Assembly (NCBI GenBank): GCA_964057225.1
Contig: OZ059900.1
Span: 1,302,001 to 1,366,000, forward strand
Direction: 5' to 3'
DNA length: 64,000 nucleotides
Source: Auanema rhodensis
Taxonomy: Eukaryota > Animalia > Nematoda
Below are positions 58,391 to 64,000 of this stretch, piece by piece; positions within the stretch are counted from its first letter, which is position 1; each line of letters begins with the position of its first letter. Both the position numbers and the translations under genes were made by a program. The notes under the pieces were generated by a model. The model searched no databases and had not been told where the DNA came from. It saw only the letters and a list, made by a program, of their open reading frames with translations.

Positions 58391-60476
58391 TCAAACACAC
58401 AATACACGAAATAAGTTTATTTTTACGAGTTTGCACTGATATTTATTCATTTTGATCAAAAAAGGTCGAAAATAGAAAGTATTTTTGAATTTTCCGAGTT
58501 TTGAGTCCAATTGGGCTAAATCGCTCATATATATGATCAAAAGCATAGTTTCACTGTCTATGATAACAAAAGTCTTCAAATATACACTAGTGATGTTGAA
58601 ATACTGAATTTCGCTCAAGTAGCATTACTACACTAAGTATGGTCGTTTTTATGCCTTTAACAGCATATACTCACCGATTTTTGGTACAAAATCTGTAATA
58701 CTCGTAAATTTTGATCATATTCGGTGAGATTCGAGAATCAAACACACAATACACGAAATAAGTTTATTTTGACGAGTTTGCACTGATATTTATTCATTTT
58801 GATCAAAAAAGGTCGAAAATAGAAAGAATTTTTGAATTTTCCGAGTTTTGAGTCCAATTGGGCTAAATCGCTCATATATATGATCAAAAGCATAGTTTTA
58901 CTGTCTATGATAACATAAGTCTTCAAATATACACTAATAATGATTAAATCACTGAATTTCACTCAAATAGCATTACTACACTAAGTATGGTCGTTTTTAT
59001 GCCTTTAACACCATATACTCACCGATTTTTGGTACAAAATCTGTGATACTCGTAAATTTTGATCATATTCGGTGAGATTCGAGAATCGAACACACAATAC
59101 ACGAAATAAGTCTATTTTTACGAGTTTGCACTGATATTTATTCATTTTGATCAAAAAAGGTCGAAAATAGAAAGAATTTTTGAAATTTCCGAGTTTTGAG
59201 TCTAATTTGGCTAAATCGCTCATATATATGATCAAAAGCATAGTTTTACTGTCTATGATAACAAAAGTCTTCAAATATACACTAATAATGTGTAAATCAC
59301 TGAATTTCACTCAAATAGCTTTACTACACTAAGTATGGTCGTTTTTATGCCTTTAACACCATATACTCACCGATTTTTGGTACAAAATCTGTAATACTCG
59401 TAAATTTCGATCATATTCGTTAAGATTCGAGAATCAAACACACAATACACGAAATAAGTTTATTTTTACGAGTTTGCACTGATATTTATTCATTTTGATC
59501 AAAAAAGGTCGAAAATAGAAAGTATTTTTGAATTTTCCGAGTTTTGAGTCCAATTGGGCTAAATCGCTCATATATATGATCAAAAGCATAGTTTCACTGT
59601 CTATGATAACAAAAGTCTTCAAATATACACTAGTGATGTTTAAATACTGAATTTCGCTCAAGTAGCATTACTACACTAAGTATGGTCGTTTTTATGCCTT
59701 TAACACCATATACTCACCGATTTTTGGTACAAAATCTGTAATACTCGTAAATTTTGATCATATTCGGTGAGATTCGAGAATCAAACACACAATACACGAA
59801 ATAAGTTTATTTTGACGAGTTTGCACTGATATTTATTCATTTTGATCAAAAAAGGTCGAAAATAGAAAGAATTTTTGAATTTTCCGAGTTTTGAGTCCAA
59901 TTGGGCTAAATCGCTCATATATATGATCAAAAGCATAGTTTTACTGTCTATGATAACAAAAGTCTTCAAATATACACTAATAATGATTAAATCACTGAAT
60001 TTCACTCAAATAGCATTACTACACTAAGTATGGTCGTTTTTATGCCTTTAACACCATATACTCACCGATTTTTGGTACAAAATCTGTGATACTCGTAAAT
60101 TTTGATCATATTCGGTGAGATTCGAGAATCGAACACACAATACACGAAATAAGTCTATTTTTACGAGTTTGCACTGATATTTATTCATTTTGATCAAAAA
60201 AGGTCGAAAATAGAAAGAATTTTTGAAATTTCCGAGTTTTGAGTCTAATTTGGCTAAATCGCTCATATATATGATCAAAAGCATAGTTTTACTGTCTATG
60301 ATAACAATAGTCTTCAAATATACACTAATAATGTGTAAATCACTGAATTTCACTCAAATAGCTTTACTACACTAAGTATGGTCGTTTTTATGCCTTTAAC
60401 ACCATATACTCACCGATTTTTGGTACAAAATCTGTAATACTCGTAAATTTCGATCATATTCGTTAAGATTCGAGAA
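58391..60476 (+). repeat. Local higher-order repeat: 3-monomer unit of 1043 bp, two copies
   Basis: 58391/59434, 58738/59781 and 59005/60048 are offset by 1043. Markers: gaaagTatttttg, ctcaaGtagc, gagaatcGaa. Confidence 0.85.
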
Positions 60477-63400
60477 TCAAACACACAATACACGAAATAA
60501 GTTTATTTTTACGAGTTTGCACTGATATTTATTCATTTTGATCAAAAAAGGTCGAAAATAGAAAGAATTTTTGAATTTTCCGAGTTTTGAGTCCAATTGG
60601 GCTAAATCGCTCATATATATGATCAAAAGCATAGTTTCACTGTCTATGATAACAAAAGTCTTCAAATATACACTAATAATGATTAAATCACTGAATTTCA
60701 CTCAAATAGCATTACTACACTAAGTATGGTCGTTTTTATGCCTTTAACACCATATACTCACCGATTTTTGGTACAAAATCTGTAATACTTGTAAATTTTG
60801 ATCATATTCGTTAAGATTTGAGAATCAAACACATAATACACGAAATAAGTCTTTTTTTACAAGTTTGCACTGATATTTATTCATTTTGATCAAAAAAGGT
60901 CGAAAATAGAAAGAATTTTTGAAATTTCCGAGTTTTGAGTCCAATTTGGCTAAATCGCTCATATATATGATCAAAAGCATAGTTCTATTGTCTATAACAA
61001 CAAAAGTCTTTAATTAAACGCTAGTGATGTTTTAATACTGAATTTCGCTCAAATAGCATTACTACACTAAGTATGGTCGTTTTTATGCCTTTAACACCAT
61101 ATACTCACCGATTTTTGGTACAAAATCTGTAATACTTGTAAATTTTGATCATATTCGTTAAGATTCGAAAATCAAACACACAATACACGAAATAAGTTTA
61201 TTTTTACAAGTTTGCACTGATATTTATTCATTTTGATCAAAAAAGGTCGAAAATAGAAAGAATTTTTGAAATTTCCGAGTTTTGAGTCTAATTTGGCTAA
61301 ATCGCTCATATATATGATCAAAAGCATAGTTTTATTGTCTATAACAACAAAAGTCATCAATTAAACGCTAGTGATGTTTAAATACTGAATTTCGCTCAAA
61401 TAGCATTACTACACTAAGTATGGTCGTTTTTATGCCTTTAACACCATATACTCACCGATTTTTGGTACAAAATCTGTAATACTCGTAAATTTTGATCATA
61501 TTTGTTAAGATTTGAGAATCAAACATACAATACACAAAATCAATCTATTTTTATGAGCTTGCACTGATATATATTCATTTTGATCAAAAAAGGTCGAAAA
61601 TAGAAAGAATTTTTGAAATTTCCGAGTTTTGAGTCTAATTTGGCTAAATCGCTCATATATAAGATCAGAAGCATAGTTTTATTGTCTATGACAACAAAAA
61701 TCATCAATTAAACGCTAGTGATGTTTAAATACTGATTTTCGCTCAAATAGCATTACTACACTAAGTATGGTCGTTTTTATGCCTTTAACACCATATACTC
61801 ACCGATTTTTGGTACAAAATCTGTGATACTCGTAAATTTTGATCATATTCGGTGAGATTCGAGAATCAAACACACAATACACGAAATAAGTTTATTTTTA
61901 TGAGTTTGCACTGATATATATTCATTTTGATCAAAAAAGGTCGAAAATAGAAAGAATTTTTGAATTTTCCGAGTTTTGAGTCTTATTTGGCTAAATCGCT
62001 CATATATATGATCAAAAGCATAGTTTTATTGTCTATAACAACAAAAGTCATCAATTAAACGCTAGTGATGTTTAAATACTGAATTTCGCTCAAATAGCAT
62101 TACTACACTAAGTATGGTCGTTTTTATGCCTTTAACACCATATACTCACCGATTTTTGGTACAAAATCTGTAATACTCGTAAATTTTGATCATATTCGTT
62201 AAGATTTGAGAATCAAACATACAATACACAAAATCAGTCTATTTTTATGAGCTTGCACTGATATATATTCATTTTGATCAAAAAAGGTCGAAAATAGAAA
62301 GAATTTTTGAAATTTCCGAGTTTTGAGTCTAATTTGGCTAAATCGCTCATATATAAGATCAGAAGCATAGTTTTATTGTCTATGACAACAAAAATCATCA
62401 ATTAAACGCTAGTGATTTTTAAATACTGATTTTCGCTCAAATAGCATTACTACACTAAGTATGGTCGTTTTTATGCCTTTAACACCATATACTCACCGAT
62501 TTTTGGTACAAAATCTGTAATACTCGTAAATTTTGATCATATTCGGTGAGATTCGAGAATCAAACACACAATACACGAAATAAGTTTATTTTTACGAGTT
62601 TGCACTGATATTTATTCATTTTGATCAAAAAAGGTCGAAAATAGAAAGAATTTTTGAAATTTCCGAGTTTTGAGTCCAATTGGGCTAAATCGCTCATATA
62701 TATAATCAAAAGCATAGTTTTACTGTCTATGATAACAAAAGTCATCAATTAAACGCTAGTGATGTTTAAATACTGATTTTCGCTCAAATAGCATTACTAC
62801 ACTAAGTATGGTCGTTTTTATGCCTTTAACACCATATACTCACCGATTTTTGGTACAAAATCTGTAATACTCGTAAATTTTGATCATATTCGGTGAGATT
62901 CGAGAATCAAACACACAATACACGAAATAAGTTTATTTTGACGAGTTTGCACTGATATTTATTCATTTTGATCAAAAAAGGTCGAAAATAGAAAGAATTT
63001 TTGAATTTTCCGAGTTTTGAGTCCAATTGGGCTAAATCGCTCATATATATGATCAAAAGCATAGTTTTACTGTCTATGATAACAAAAGTCTTCAAATATA
63101 CACTAATAATGATTAAATCACTGAATTTCACTCAAATAGCTTTACTACACTAAGTATGATCGTTTTTATGCCTTTAACACCATATACTCACCGATTTTTG
63201 GTACAAAATCTGTGATACTCGTAAATTTTGATCATATTCGTTAAGATTTGAGTATCAAACATACAATACACAAAATCAGTCTATTTTTATGAGCTTGCAC
63301 TGATATATATTCATTTTGATCAAAAAAGGTCGAAAATAGAAAGAATTTTTGAAATTTCCGAGTTTTGAGTCTAATTTGGCTAAATCGCTCATATATAAGA

Positions 63401-64000
63401 TCAGAAGCATAGTTTTATTGTCTATGACAACAAAAATCATCAATTAAACGCTAGTGATATTTAAATACTGATTTTCGCTCAAATAGCATTACTACACTAA
63501 GTATGGTCGTTTTTATGCCTTTAACACCATATACTCACCGATTTTTGGTACAAAATCTGTAATACTCGTAAATTTTGATCATATTCGGTGAGATTCGAGA
63601 ATCAAACACACAATACACGAAATAAGTTTATTTTGACGAGTTTGCACTGATATTTATTCATTTTGATCAAAAAAGGTCGAAAATAGAAAGAATTTTTGAA
63701 TTTTCCGAGTTTTGAGTCCAATTGGGCTAAATCGCTCATATATATGATCAAAAGCATAGTTTTACTGTCTATGATAACAAAAGTCTTCAAATATACACTA
63801 ATAATGTGTAAATCACTGAATTTCACTCAAATAGCTTTACTACACTAAGTATGGTCGTTTTTATGCCTTTAACACCATATACTCACCGATTTTTGGTACA
63901 AAATCTGTAATACTCGTAAATTTCGATCATATTCGTTAAGATTCGAGAATCAAACACACAATACACGAAATAAGTTTATTTTTACCAGTTTGCACTGATA

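Larger units (their letters stand above)
1..64000. repeat. Tandem satellite DNA array, 347/348 bp monomer, ~29% GC, about 185-190 copies, running off both window edges
   Basis: Near-invariant blocks (ttttgatcaaaaaaggtcgaaaatagaaag; tactacactaagtatggtcgttttt; caccatatactcaccgatttttggtacaaaatctgt) recur every 347-348 bp, and ORF-track coordinates step by 347/348. The length difference is a 1-bp indel (aaatCactga/aaatCactaa vs aaatactga). No unique sequence was seen. Confidence 0.99.
41156..64000 (+). repeat. Satellite block 3, original orientation resumed
   Basis: From aaacgctagtgatgttttaatactg (41156) monomers read as in block 1, and track ORFs are again on the minus strand from 41312. Confidence 0.97.

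Noticed and set aside
59005-60353. Two longer 101-aa ORFs
   Set aside because: A single SNP (gagaatcAaa to gagaatcGaa, TGA to CGA on the minus strand) gives read-through, and it was duplicated with the 1043-bp unit.
659-63826. More than 100 near-identical 61-75 aa ORFs (MKFSDLH.../MKTFVV...) as a tandem gene family or diversified peptide cassette array
   Set aside because: This is one chance frame per monomer. Most starts are alternative codons (GTG/TTG) shown as M, common variants introduce stops or frameshifts, the composition (K/I/F/L/N) reflects AT richness, the non-ORF part is at least as conserved, and no domain is recognisable.
1-64000. CRISPR-like array (conserved blocks alternating with variable segments)
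   Set aside because: The variable segments are homologous alleles differing by a few SNPs, not unique spacers; the period is 347 bp and there are no cas genes.

Overview
The whole 64 kb window is one AT-rich (~29% GC, hand count of bases 1-347) tandem satellite array of roughly 185-190 monomers of 347/348 bp. It looks like eukaryotic (peri)centromeric or heterochromatic satellite DNA; the organism and family cannot be named from the sequence. There are no credible genes, and the ORF track is one chance reading frame repeated in each monomer. The main structure is a 16.4 kb block (24750-41155) in the opposite orientation. It creates two long interrupted palindromes. The first has ~11.1 kb arms (11796-22944 vs 25906-37054) that share private SNPs at exact mirror positions; the second has ~2.3 kb arms (38862-41155 vs 42790-45083). 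The two breakpoints look reciprocal: a 22 bp inverted duplication at one end, and an 11 bp overlap plus ~72 bp of filler at the other. This favours a staggered-break inversion of one copy of a ~17-18 kb super-repeat. Other observations: a 247 bp monomer with an exact 100 bp deletion in 11 copies; several short local higher-order repeats; mosaic monomers; polymorphism concentrated at CpG sites; short dyads inside the monomer; a possible ancient ~175 bp dimer origin; and a distinct variant domain at the right end.
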